Shown in pieces: positions 19,680 through 29,716 of a stretch of DNA of 64,000 bases (the first letter of the stretch is position 1; the number at the start of each line of letters is the position of its first letter). Position numbers and translations under genes: made by a program. Source of the stretch: Candidatus Gottesmanbacteria bacterium. GTDB lineage: Bacteria; Patescibacteriota; Microgenomatia; 2-02-FULL-39-11. The stretch is taken from assembly GCA_016195685.1 (NCBI GenBank), contig JACPZE010000020.1, positions 85,725-149,724 of the forward strand, given 5' to 3'. Below the pieces are notes generated by a model. That model saw only the letters and a program-made list of their open reading frames with translations, was not told the origin of the DNA and did not search any database.

Positions 19680-21184
19680 CGATAATAAAAGGAAAGATAG
19701 TCAAAGGCGTTGCAGCTTTAATCTCCAGAACCTTTATTATTCAAGTCATTACTCAGATAGCCAACTTGGTTCTTCTTGCATTATTATCACAATACGAATA
19801 CGGGATTTATTGGATAGTTATAGCTATAATCTCGTTTCTTTCGTATTTTTCGGATATAGGTCTTGCGGCAGCGTTAATACAAAAAAAAGAAGATCCTACG
19901 CGGCAGGATTTAGTCACAGCTTTTACAATTCAGCAAATATTAGTTGGAATCATAGTAATTTTCACTTTTGTTTATACGCCTTCTCTAAGCTCATTTTTCC
20001 ATCTGACTCAAGATACTGAATTTGTGATAAGAGCTTTTATAATATCCTTTTTCCTTTCCTCATTGAAAACTATTCCATCAGTTATTCTTGAAAGAAAGCT
20101 GGATTTTACCAAACTTATTTTGCCTCAAATTTTTGAGACAGCTGCTTTTTATTTAGTTACTATTATTTTGGCTCTATCGAATTTTGGTGTAGCAAGTTTT
20201 GCGTGGGCAGCAGTAGTTAGGGGAATCGTTGGGCTAGTTGCGATTTATCTCATTAATCCTTGGCCCATAGGAATTGGTATTTCAAGAAAATCAATTCGTC
20301 ATTTGTTAACTTTTGGAATTCCTTTTCAGCTGAACTCATGCTTGGCACTTATAAAAGATGACTTGATGACTTTATTTCTGGGGCGAATACTTAGCTTCAG
20401 CAGAGTTCATTTTATTCCCCCAACAGTAGCTTGTGCGAAAGCTCCTAACATATGTGAAATTGGTTATATAGGTGTAGCAAAGAGAAATGCTGAAATTTCT
20501 CTTAAGTTGGTTATGGATAATGTTATTAGAGTAACTTTTCCAGTATATTCCAGACTCCAAAAAGATATGGAAATTTTAGGTAAAGCTGTACAAAAATCAT
20601 TAACTTTCTTAGCATTGCTGATAATTCCATCAAATATTATCTTAGCGATATATATAAAACCTATAATGCATTTGATACCAAAATATGCGAAATGGGAACC
20701 GACACTTTTTTCATTTTATTTCTTTTCTTTTTCTTCTGTGATGTCCTCTTTTTCTACACCATTATTTAATGCACTCAATGCAATTGGAAAAGTTAAAACG
20801 ACTTTGATTCTTATGATTTTTTGGACGACTCTAACTTGGATTTTGTATCCAATTTTTGTTTACTTTTATGGATATAATGGAGTCTCCATGGCTGCATTTG
20901 TAATCTCATTTACGGCTATTATTCCTGTATTTATAATGAAAAAGTTCGTTCAATTTTCCGTAATCTCATCTCTGTATAAACCCGTAATAATTTCTTTTAT
21001 AACAGCATTACCGGCATTTATTCTCATGAAATTATCACAAGACTTGCTATTGGTTATATTTTCTCTAGCTTTAACTTTTGGCATATATACTTTACTGGTA
21101 TGGCTTTGGATGGGAGAGGATGTTAGACCATACCTGCCTCATCAGTTGGCAGGTTTGCCAAAATTCTTCAAGCGCAACAAGTGA
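19661..21184 (+). CDS. wzx: Wzx-type oligosaccharide flippase (MOP/polysaccharide biosynthesis protein family)
   Basis: N-terminus KGVAALISRTFIIQVITQIANLVLLALLSQYEYGIYWIV...DIGLAAALIQKKE is typical of Wzx/PST proteins. About 12-14 TM helices. Confidence 0.7.
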   Translation: MEEVELAIIKGKIVKGVAALISRTFIIQVITQIANLVLLALLSQYEYGIYWIVIAIISFLSYFSDIGLAAALIQKKEDPTRQDLVTAFTIQQILVGIIVIFTFVYTPSLSSFFHLTQDTEFVIRAFIISFFLSSLKTIPSVILERKLDFTKLILPQIFETAAFYLVTIILALSNFGVASFAWAAVVRGIVGLVAIYLINPWPIGIGISRKSIRHLLTFGIPFQLNSCLALIKDDLMTLFLGRILSFSRVHFIPPTVACAKAPNICEIGYIGVAKRNAEISLKLVMDNVIRVTFPVYSRLQKDMEILGKAVQKSLTFLALLIIPSNIILAIYIKPIMHLIPKYAKWEPTLFSFYFFSFSSVMSSFSTPLFNALNAIGKVKTTLILMIFWTTLTWILYPIFVYFYGYNGVSMAAFVISFTAIIPVFIMKKFVQFSVISSLYKPVIISFITALPAFILMKLSQDLLLVIFSLALTFGIYTLLVWLWMGEDVRPYLPHQLAGLPKFFKRNK

Positions 21185-22851
21185 AAAAATATCTTATACT
21201 TTTGCTTTTTATTATTTCTTTTTCGCCATCAAATGTTTTAGCTTTTGAAACGAATCATTATGTGACTATAGTTCATCCGGTCAGGGGAAGAAATCTCTGG
21301 CAATCAGATGAATCCGTAAAAAACCAGATCAACCTGATAAGAAAGAATCACCTTCCATCGACATGGTTACTACAGTATGACGTCATTACTGATAACCAAA
21401 ACTCAAAGTTGTTTAAAGAATTACCCGTTAATCAGGAGTTAGGCGTTTTCCTTGAAGTGAGTGAGAGGCTTGCTACAGACTCAAATGTTCCCTATATATA
21501 CGGAAGTGGAGATTGGGCTCGAGCCGATAAAGTTCTTTTTTCTGGTTATACCCCTGCTGAACGAGAACGGATGATAGATATTCTTTTTGAAACATTTAAG
21601 GATAGATTTGGATACTACCCTGTATCTGTCGGGGCATGGTATATCGATACTGTATCACTTAATTATTTATCACAAAAATATAAAATTAAGGCTGCCATGG
21701 ATGTATCGGATCAATATCAAACAGACACTTATGGTGTATGGGGTCAACCCTGGGGGGCGCCTTATTATCCATCTCAATTTAACTCAATTATGCCTGCAAA
21801 TAGTATTGCCGATCGTTTGGATATGGTGAAAATTCAATGGGCTGCCAGGGATCCTGTTCGTGGATATGGGTTAAAAGCTACAGATTCCATATACAGCGTA
21901 CAGGCGAATGATTATGTTGGAAACAACTTGAATACCACTTATTTCCAAAAACTTGCTCAAGCATACCTCTTATTTCCTAATCCAATTACCCAACTAACAG
22001 TTGGATTAGAAGCCGGTCAGGAAGGTGCAGTTTATTATGATGAGTATGAGAAACAATTAAGCTTTTTGGTCGATCTTGCCCAAAAAGAAAATTTATCCTT
22101 CCTTACAATGTCATCTTTTGCAAAAGATTATCAAAAACAGTTTCCAAATTATTCACCAAGTTTTTTTGTCCATGATACCGATGTTTCAAATCCTCATATT
22201 GAAGCGTTTTGGTATTCAAACAAGTCTTATCGTATCGGGTTATTACTGAAGGATAAAAGTTTATTTATAAGAGACCTACGTCTATATAATATTCCATTCC
22301 TTTATGGTGATATCTTCACAAACGATAAAAATCACTTATTGAAAAGAGTAATTCCTGCAATTATAGATGAAGCTTTAAATCATAATGAAATAATGTTGAT
22401 GTCTCATATTAATAAAATTGACTTACAACGGGATGGGGACAATCTTTATTTACTATTGGTAGACGAAGCGGGTAGTAAACATAAAATATCTTTTACCAAT
22501 GAAAGTATATTATTAGATCAAAAACAGGTTTTAAAAACTCCAAAGATGGCGAATTATATCACGCAAATATTAACTAAAGTATTGATGTCATATTGGATAA
22601 ATTACCCCCATAGCTGGATTGGCGGCTGGAGATATTCATCTATCGAAGGCAAATTTTATTTATGGTTTATGATAAAACCCGATAGATTAATAGGTATAAA
22701 ATCGGAAATGCCCTTTTTAGGGATTTTTAAATTTCCATTTCAGGTACTTGTACGGTTCAAAAGTCTGCCTCAAATAGATCTTTCAAGATTAATTAGTGTT
22801 TATTTGGTGAATAGAATAAACCATAGTACAATCAAATTAACCGTAAATTAA
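21181..22851 (+). CDS. Secreted hypothetical protein with N-terminal signal peptide (function unknown, possibly glycan-active)
   Basis: GTG start overlapping the upstream stop (GTGA). MKKYLILLLFIISFSPSNVLAFE looks like a Sec signal peptide. The rest is soluble and aromatic-rich (AWYIDTV...YGVWGQPWGAPYYPSQFN), with no family I can assign confidently. Confidence 0.4.
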   Translation: MKKYLILLLFIISFSPSNVLAFETNHYVTIVHPVRGRNLWQSDESVKNQINLIRKNHLPSTWLLQYDVITDNQNSKLFKELPVNQELGVFLEVSERLATDSNVPYIYGSGDWARADKVLFSGYTPAERERMIDILFETFKDRFGYYPVSVGAWYIDTVSLNYLSQKYKIKAAMDVSDQYQTDTYGVWGQPWGAPYYPSQFNSIMPANSIADRLDMVKIQWAARDPVRGYGLKATDSIYSVQANDYVGNNLNTTYFQKLAQAYLLFPNPITQLTVGLEAGQEGAVYYDEYEKQLSFLVDLAQKENLSFLTMSSFAKDYQKQFPNYSPSFFVHDTDVSNPHIEAFWYSNKSYRIGLLLKDKSLFIRDLRLYNIPFLYGDIFTNDKNHLLKRVIPAIIDEALNHNEIMLMSHINKIDLQRDGDNLYLLLVDEAGSKHKISFTNESILLDQKQVLKTPKMANYITQILTKVLMSYWINYPHSWIGGWRYSSIEGKFYLWFMIKPDRLIGIKSEMPFLGIFKFPFQVLVRFKSLPQIDLSRLISVYLVNRINHSTIKLTVN

Positions 22852-22856
22852 AGTCT

Positions 22857-23762
22857 ATGATTTCTGCTGTTGTTCATACCTATAACGAGGAAAAAAACAT
22901 CGAACGCTGTCTGTCTTCGCTTTCTTTCGTTGACGAGATCGTACTGATAGATATGGATTCAAAAGATCGTACAAGGGAAATTGCATCCAATTACAAAGCG
23001 AAAATATTTAATCATCCTTATACTGGATTTGTAGAGCCTGCTAGAAATTTTGGCATTCAAAAAGTTCTTGGATCTTGGGTTTTGATAGTGGATGCGGATG
23101 AAGAAATATCGAAAACTTTAGCTGATAAACTTATTTCTATTTCAAGAGAGAAGCGGGTCGACTATTGTCGAGTAGCAAGAAAGAATATAATTTTTCACAA
23201 ATGGATTAAGCATTCTGGTTGGTGGCCCGATTATCAGATCCGATTTTTTAAAAAGGGATGCGTATCTTGGAGTGAGAAAATTCACGGTGTCCCGTTGACT
23301 CGCGGAACTGGCTTAGATTTAGAAGCAAATTCAGATTTAAGCATAAGTCATTATAACTACCAAACAATAGAGCAATACATCGCTAGGTTGAATCGGTATA
23401 CAAATATTTCCGCGAAAGAATTTTTTTTGTCGAATAAAAAATTTTCTTATCGTGATGTGGTAAATCTCTCAAGTAAGGAATTTATCAATAGATACTTAGT
23501 GTGGGAAGGATATAAAGATGGTATTCACGGCTTAGCCTTAGCCTTTTTGCAGTCATTATCCGAAGTAGTAACTTATTTAAAATTGTGGGAGTTAGAAAAT
23601 TTTAAAGAGGAGCGAATTTCTTTATTGGAATCAAAAGAGGTAATATCTGATGGGCAAAACGAAACTCAATATTGGTTTTATAACACTCTTCTTAAAGAAC
23701 CGCATGATTTTATCAGTGATTTGATTTGGAGATTAAAAAGGAAATTATCTCAGCATGGATAA
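22857..23762 (+). CDS. GT2 glycosyltransferase (paralog set with 24681 and 49015)
   Basis: ISAVVHTYNEEKNIERCLSSLSFVDEIVLIDMDSKDRTREIA ... VDADEEI. Confidence 0.7.
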   Translation: MISAVVHTYNEEKNIERCLSSLSFVDEIVLIDMDSKDRTREIASNYKAKIFNHPYTGFVEPARNFGIQKVLGSWVLIVDADEEISKTLADKLISISREKRVDYCRVARKNIIFHKWIKHSGWWPDYQIRFFKKGCVSWSEKIHGVPLTRGTGLDLEANSDLSISHYNYQTIEQYIARLNRYTNISAKEFFLSNKKFSYRDVVNLSSKEFINRYLVWEGYKDGIHGLALAFLQSLSEVVTYLKLWELENFKEERISLLESKEVISDGQNETQYWFYNTLLKEPHDFISDLIWRLKRKLSQHG

Positions 23763-24684
23763 GGCAGCTATAATCATCGTCCACTATAAAAACGAGAAAG
23801 ATACCTTGGAGTGTTTGAATTCTATCTTTATAAATCATTCATCAAATAAAAAGGTACAGGTCATCGTCGTTATAAATCCTCCGTATGTATCAGAGTCGGT
23901 AGGCAAAAATGATAGTTTTAAAACAATCTTAAGAAAAAAATACCCTCAAGTAATTGTTATTGAAAATAATACTAATACAGGTTTTGCTCAGGCTAATAAC
24001 ATTGGTATTCAGAAAGCCCTAGATTTGGAGTGTGAATATATACTTTTACTAAATAACGATACCATTGTTTCTCTTGAGCTTTTAGATAAATTGATTAAGT
24101 ATGCAAAATCTGATTCAAAAGTTGGTGTCATGTCTCCAAAAATTTATTTTGCAAAAGGTTTTGAATACCATAAAGATAGATATAAAGATAAAGAAAAAGG
24201 AAAAGTAATATGGTACGCTGGTGGTAAGATTGATTGGGCAAATGTTTATGCTTCTCACAAGGGCGTAGATGAAGTAGACGTTGGTCAATATGGTGAAACA
24301 TGCGAAACTGATTTCGCTACAGGGTGTTGTATGTTAATAACGCGTAAAACTATCGATAAAATTGGTCTTTTTGACTCAAAATATTTTTTGTATTATGAGG
24401 ATGTAGATTATTCTGTCCGAGTTAAAAATAATAATATGAAGGTAATTTATTTCCCCAAGGTTGTTTTATGGCATAAAAATGCCTCATCATCTGGTAAACC
24501 TGGATCAAAAATGCATATTTACTATCAAAACCGCAACCGACTCTACTTTGGGTTTAAATATGCCACTAGCAAAACAAAAAAATCCCTTTTTTGGGATAGT
24601 TTGAGATTACTGATCAAAGGCGGAGTATACACAAAGAGTACAATGGATTACCACTTGGGGAGACTTGGCAAGGCCAGTATATGA
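23755..24684 (+). CDS. GT2 glycosyltransferase (rhamnosyl/WbbL-like type)
   Basis: AAIIIVHYKNEKDTLECLNSI ... NTGFAQANNIGIQKAL ... LLNNDT ... YYEDVDYS. Confidence 0.7.
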   Translation: MDKAAIIIVHYKNEKDTLECLNSIFINHSSNKKVQVIVVINPPYVSESVGKNDSFKTILRKKYPQVIVIENNTNTGFAQANNIGIQKALDLECEYILLLNNDTIVSLELLDKLIKYAKSDSKVGVMSPKIYFAKGFEYHKDRYKDKEKGKVIWYAGGKIDWANVYASHKGVDEVDVGQYGETCETDFATGCCMLITRKTIDKIGLFDSKYFLYYEDVDYSVRVKNNNMKVIYFPKVVLWHKNASSSGKPGSKMHIYYQNRNRLYFGFKYATSKTKKSLFWDSLRLLIKGGVYTKSTMDYHLGRLGKASI

Positions 24685-25436
24685 ATATAAGCGCGATCAT
24701 TATTAGCCGAAATGAAGAAGAAAATATCTCTGCATGTATAAAAGCACTGGATTTTGCTGACGAGATTATCGTAATTGATAATTGCTCTTCCGACAATACT
24801 CGTGAATTGGCAGAAAAGTCGGGAGCTAAAGTCTATGAAATTTCAGGATTGGATTTTTCATATCTTAGAAATATTGGAAAAGAAAAAGCAGCGTCTCAGT
24901 GGCTACTGTATATTGATGCAGATGAAAGGGTGAGTAAAAATTTGTCTATAGAAATAAAAAAAGCAGTCAAAAATCCAGAAAGTAATTCTGCATTTTCTAT
25001 CGTCAGAAAAAACTATTTTCTAGGGAAACCTTCTCCAAAATTAGAAAGGATAAACAGACTTATCAAAAAAGACGCTTTAATCGGTTGGCATGGCTCGCTG
25101 CATGAAAGTCCAATAATAACCGGTTCAATTGGTGAATTACAATTCTATTTGTTACATTATACTCACAAGAATATTTCTTCAATGGTTGCCAAAACCAATG
25201 AATGGTCAGCTATAGAAGCGCAACTTTTATACAAGAGTAATCATCCTCTCATGAGAGAATGGCGTTTTTTTAGAATTTTGGTAACTTCTTTTTTCCGATC
25301 TTACATACAAAATCAAGCTTGGAAAATGGGGACAACAGGTTTTATAGAAAGTACTTATCAGGCATTTAGTAATTTCATTACATACGCCAAATTATGGGAA
25401 AAACAGAATAAATCTGAAGTTGCAAATGAAAAATGA
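24681..25436 (+). CDS. GT2 glycosyltransferase (paralog of 22857 and 49015)
   Basis: ISAIIISRNEEENISACIKALDFADEIIVIDNCSSDNTRELAEK ... IDADERV. Confidence 0.7.
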   Translation: MNISAIIISRNEEENISACIKALDFADEIIVIDNCSSDNTRELAEKSGAKVYEISGLDFSYLRNIGKEKAASQWLLYIDADERVSKNLSIEIKKAVKNPESNSAFSIVRKNYFLGKPSPKLERINRLIKKDALIGWHGSLHESPIITGSIGELQFYLLHYTHKNISSMVAKTNEWSAIEAQLLYKSNHPLMREWRFFRILVTSFFRSYIQNQAWKMGTTGFIESTYQAFSNFITYAKLWEKQNKSEVANEK

Positions 25437-26517
25437 AAAAGAAATAAAAAACTTAAAAATCGGCATTTATAGTCCATATCTCAATATTTTTGGTGGCGGA
25501 GAAAGATATATACTTTCGATTGCAAGAGCATTTAGCCAAGATAGCGAAGTCTATCTATACGCAGATAAAGATCTGAGTAAAAGATCCTTGGAGATATTTG
25601 GAATAAACCTAAAAAATACTCATTTGTTACCTTCTGATTTATTACTTCAACAGAATTTTCTTAAAAAATATGCTTATCTACACAAATACGATTTGTTTTT
25701 TTACATGAGTGATGGCAGCCTCTTTTTTTCCTCTGCAAAAAAGAATTTTCTCATAGTTCAGTCTCCTCTTCATATACCTAACAAAAATTTTCTTAATAGA
25801 ATGAAATTAGCTAACTGGAAGATAATTTGTTATTCACAGTTTATGAGAAATATAATCAGACAAAAATTAAACTGCGGCATAAAAAGTTTAACACTAGCAC
25901 CTTGTATCGACGTGCCGAACAAAAAGGAAAAAGTGACAAAAGATAATATTATTTTATCAGTAGGCCGATTTTTCCCATATCCTCACGATAAAAAACATGA
26001 AATTCTAGTAGATTTATTTAAAAAGTCATATAGTAAATACTTTTCTGGATGGAAATTAATAATTGCAGGAGGATTAACTGAAAAAGGCGGGGATGATATT
26101 TTCAGGCGTCTAAAAGATAAAAGTATAGGATATCCGATCGAGATTATGTCAAATCTTTCATCAGATAGATTATTAGAATTTTACCAAAAGTCTAAAATAT
26201 ACTGGCATGCTGCAGGATTTGGTGAAGATTTAACCACAAATCCTGAAAAAGCAGAGCATTTTGGAATAGCACCTCTTGAGGCGATGGCAAATGGTGTAGT
26301 TCCGATTGTCTTTAATGGTGGAGGACTTATGGATATTATTGATGGGGAAAATGGTGGTTATTTATGGAATACTTTGGAGGAACTAACGCAAAAGACGGTT
26401 AATTTAATCGTTGATGAAAAATTATTAACTCATCAGGAAAAATTGGTAAGAGCAGAGGCAAATAAATATTCCTGCGATCAATTTTATGGAAAATTGGAAA
26501 AAATTATTATTGAATAA
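25420..26517 (+). CDS. GT4 (retaining) glycosyltransferase
   Basis: C-terminal EX7E-type region GIAPLEAMANGVVPIVFNGGGLMDIID of GT-B/GT4 enzymes. Confidence 0.7.
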   Translation: MQMKNEKEIKNLKIGIYSPYLNIFGGGERYILSIARAFSQDSEVYLYADKDLSKRSLEIFGINLKNTHLLPSDLLLQQNFLKKYAYLHKYDLFFYMSDGSLFFSSAKKNFLIVQSPLHIPNKNFLNRMKLANWKIICYSQFMRNIIRQKLNCGIKSLTLAPCIDVPNKKEKVTKDNIILSVGRFFPYPHDKKHEILVDLFKKSYSKYFSGWKLIIAGGLTEKGGDDIFRRLKDKSIGYPIEIMSNLSSDRLLEFYQKSKIYWHAAGFGEDLTTNPEKAEHFGIAPLEAMANGVVPIVFNGGGLMDIIDGENGGYLWNTLEELTQKTVNLIVDEKLLTHQEKLVRAEANKYSCDQFYGKLEKIIIE

Positions 26518-28780
26518 TATCTATCCGATATTATTGATAGGAACGGTTTTGTTATTTTTCTATCCTACTTTCCTGTCCAGACGGATTCCTATTCCAGCAG
26601 ATACAATTGTAGGGATGTATCATCCTTGGCGGGATGAGATTTGGGATAACTTTACAAGCGGTATACCATATAAGAATTTTCTGATTACAGATCCTGTAAG
26701 ACAGCAGTATGTCTGGCGGAAAATGGCGATAGAAGAGTTAAAAAAGGGAATTTTACCTGTTTGGAATCCCTATTCTTTTTCCGGATCACCTCTATTGGCT
26801 AACTTTCAATCTGCCGCATTTTATCCGCTTAATCTGCTGTATTTTGTCTTGCCGTTTAACATTGTTTGGACTTTGCAGGTCATATTACAACCGATACTTG
26901 CTTCTGTTTTTCTTTATTTATATTTAAGATATATCAAAGTAAGTAAAATGGGAAGCTTCTTCGGTGGGGTTACATTCGCATTCTGCGGATTTTCTATTGC
27001 ATGGTTGGAATGGAATACGATTATCCAAACAGTTTTATGGCTCCCACTAATACTTCTTGCCAAGGAAAAGTTATTAGCGAAAATAACAATTAAATGGTCA
27101 ATGATTCTTTTTTTTGCTGAAATTTCCTCATTTTTAGCAGGTCATATTCAGGTGTTATTTTATACCCTCATAGTTAGCAATTCTTATCTTTTTGTCAGAA
27201 TTATTCAGTTATCATTCAGAGACCAAAAAGGAAAAAATATTTTTAATTCGGTCTTTAAAAGATATATACTATTTCTATTCATTGGATTAATTGTTTTGTT
27301 AAGTACTTCTGTCCAATGGGCTCCAACTCTTCAATTTATATTACATAGCGCTCGGGATTTTGACCAGAGCTCATGGATGAAGGATGGATGGTTTATTCCA
27401 TGGCAAAATGCAATCCAATTTATAGCGCCTGACTTTTTCGGAAACCCGGCAACTGGAAATTATTGGGGTATATGGAACTATGGTGAATTTATTGGTTTTA
27501 TCGGTAGTGCTCCCTTAATTCTTGCCTGTTATAGTCTAATATTTAAAAAAGACAGGAAAGTCTTATTTTTTGGAAGCCTGGCTTTTTTAGGTGCTATTTT
27601 TTCTTTCCCTACACTATTAGCCAAGCTTCCTTTTATATTTAAAATTCCTTTTATATCCACAAGCCAACCAACTAGACTTATGGTGATTATAGATTTTGCA
27701 CTATGTATTTTGGCTGCATTCGGATTTGATCAGTTTGTTAAAGACAAAAAGCCACAAAAAATAATATTTCTTTTGGGTGTTTTTGCAGTATTGTTATTCT
27801 GTTTGTGGATAGTTGTCTTGAAATCTTCCATTTTTCATTTACAGATAAATTTCGAAAACTTAACAGTGATGAAAAACAATCTAATTATCCCAACAGCGTT
27901 TATGATTTTAAGTGCAATAGTCTTAATCTTCATTACTAAGGCGAAAAATAATTTTAAAAAAGCGGCAACAATGCTTTTTTTCGTAATAGTAATATTAGAA
28001 TTATTAAGGTTTGGATGGAAATTTACCCCATTTTCAAATGAGAATTGGATATTTCCGGAAACAAAAGCAATTTCATATCTGAGACAAAACGCTAATTATT
28101 ATAGAGTTATGTTTGTCGATAGAAGACTTATGCCTCCTAATTTTTCCATATATTATGGATTGTATGATGTGAGCGGCTATGACCCTTTGTACTTCCTTAA
28201 TTATGGTCAATTAGTGGCTGCATGGGAAAGAGATAAGCCAGATATTACACCAGCTTCGTTCAACAGAATCATTACTCCTTCTAAATTCGAAAACTTTATT
28301 ACAGATTTACTAGGTGTCAAATTCATCGTGAGCATGAATCCTTTGATATCATCAAAGCTCATCTTTATTCTTCAGGAAGGTAATACACATATATACGAGA
28401 ATAAAAACGTTTTTCCAAAAGTTTTCCTTACTGAGGATATTATAAGCGTGGATAATCCACAAGAAATTATTACAAAGATGTTTGAGTTAGGTGATAATTT
28501 AAGACGTGTTGCCGTTTTATCAGATAAAATTGATCATACATATCAAAAACTAATTGGGGGTGAAACAGCAAATATTACTTCTTATTTATCAAATAAAGTA
28601 GAGATAAAAGTAAAGTCTAATTCAACAAGATTATTAGTTTTGACCGATATTTATTCTCCATCATGGAAAGTTTTTATTGATGGAAAAAAGGAAAAATTAT
28701 ACCAAGTGGATTTTGCATTGCGCGGAGTTTTAGTTCCTAGCGGTAATCATAATGTAGAGTTTAGAGAGGATTTGCTATGA
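26486..28780 (+). CDS. YfhO-family large polytopic membrane protein (GT-C-type)
   Basis: 764 aa with many TM helices. C-terminal beta-rich tail DIYSPSWKVFIDGKKEKLYQVDFALRGVLVPSGNHNVEF resembles the YfhO C-terminus. Confidence 0.55.
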   Translation: MENWKKLLLNNIYPILLIGTVLLFFYPTFLSRRIPIPADTIVGMYHPWRDEIWDNFTSGIPYKNFLITDPVRQQYVWRKMAIEELKKGILPVWNPYSFSGSPLLANFQSAAFYPLNLLYFVLPFNIVWTLQVILQPILASVFLYLYLRYIKVSKMGSFFGGVTFAFCGFSIAWLEWNTIIQTVLWLPLILLAKEKLLAKITIKWSMILFFAEISSFLAGHIQVLFYTLIVSNSYLFVRIIQLSFRDQKGKNIFNSVFKRYILFLFIGLIVLLSTSVQWAPTLQFILHSARDFDQSSWMKDGWFIPWQNAIQFIAPDFFGNPATGNYWGIWNYGEFIGFIGSAPLILACYSLIFKKDRKVLFFGSLAFLGAIFSFPTLLAKLPFIFKIPFISTSQPTRLMVIIDFALCILAAFGFDQFVKDKKPQKIIFLLGVFAVLLFCLWIVVLKSSIFHLQINFENLTVMKNNLIIPTAFMILSAIVLIFITKAKNNFKKAATMLFFVIVILELLRFGWKFTPFSNENWIFPETKAISYLRQNANYYRVMFVDRRLMPPNFSIYYGLYDVSGYDPLYFLNYGQLVAAWERDKPDITPASFNRIITPSKFENFITDLLGVKFIVSMNPLISSKLIFILQEGNTHIYENKNVFPKVFLTEDIISVDNPQEIITKMFELGDNLRRVAVLSDKIDHTYQKLIGGETANITSYLSNKVEIKVKSNSTRLLVLTDIYSPSWKVFIDGKKEKLYQVDFALRGVLVPSGNHNVEFREDLL

Positions 28781-29688
28781 AAATTAGTGTAATAATTCCC
28801 AACTTTAACGGAGCCAATCTTCTAAAACAAAATTTGCCAAAAGTTTTATCTTCTGTTGAAGATAGTGAAATAATAGTCGTTGATGATGCCTCAACTGATA
28901 ATAGTGTAAATATACTTCATCAATATTTTCCTCAAGTAAAAATTATTGCGAAGGATAAAACCGAAGGATTTAGCAGTAGTGTAAATGATGGTGTGAGGAA
29001 GGCCTCAGGAGATTTAATAGTACTATTAAATAGTGATGTTTGGCCAAATGAAAATCTCTTAAAATTCTTGAAACCCTATTTTCAGGATCCGTTGGTATTT
29101 GCGGTTGGTTGTTTACAGAAGAGTATGAATAGAGAACAACTTAATAAGCAGGGAAGAGGAATAGGTCAATTCAAAGAAGGCTTCATGCTTCACGGTCCGG
29201 GTAAATACAACAAAACAAACACTCTTTGGGTTTTTGGTGGTGCTGGTATGTATAGGAAAAAAATTTGGAATGAGTTAGGTGGGATGGATCCGATTTATAA
29301 TCCATTTTACTGGGAAGATATCGATATATCATATCGAGCGATAAAAGCTGGTTTTAAGGTTTTATTTGAACCTAAAAGTATAGTAAATCATGAACAATCC
29401 ACAGGATCTATCCGCTCTTTTTACTCTCCCGACTTTATTAAGACAATTGCATATCGGAACCAGATTTTGTTTGTGTGGTTAAATATAACAGATTCAATGC
29501 TAGTACTTAAGCATATAATTTACTTGCCAATTCATATACTCAGAGCATTTTTCGCACGAAACTTTCCATTTCTGGATGGGTTATTGAAAGCTTTAATTAA
29601 ACTGCCAAAAGTTCTGAGAAAGAGGCAGTTGAACAAAAAATTAAATCAAAGAACAGATAGAGAAGTCTTGTTTGGTTTGGGGGAATAA
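28777..29688 (+). CDS. GT2 glycosyltransferase
   Basis: ISVIIPNFNGANLL ... IIVVDDASTDNS ... LLNSDV ... YWEDIDISYR. Confidence 0.75.
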   Translation: MKISVIIPNFNGANLLKQNLPKVLSSVEDSEIIVVDDASTDNSVNILHQYFPQVKIIAKDKTEGFSSSVNDGVRKASGDLIVLLNSDVWPNENLLKFLKPYFQDPLVFAVGCLQKSMNREQLNKQGRGIGQFKEGFMLHGPGKYNKTNTLWVFGGAGMYRKKIWNELGGMDPIYNPFYWEDIDISYRAIKAGFKVLFEPKSIVNHEQSTGSIRSFYSPDFIKTIAYRNQILFVWLNITDSMLVLKHIIYLPIHILRAFFARNFPFLDGLLKALIKLPKVLRKRQLNKKLNQRTDREVLFGLGE

Positions 29689-29716
29689 GTTAAATTGTTA
29701 TGCTAAAATACCAATT

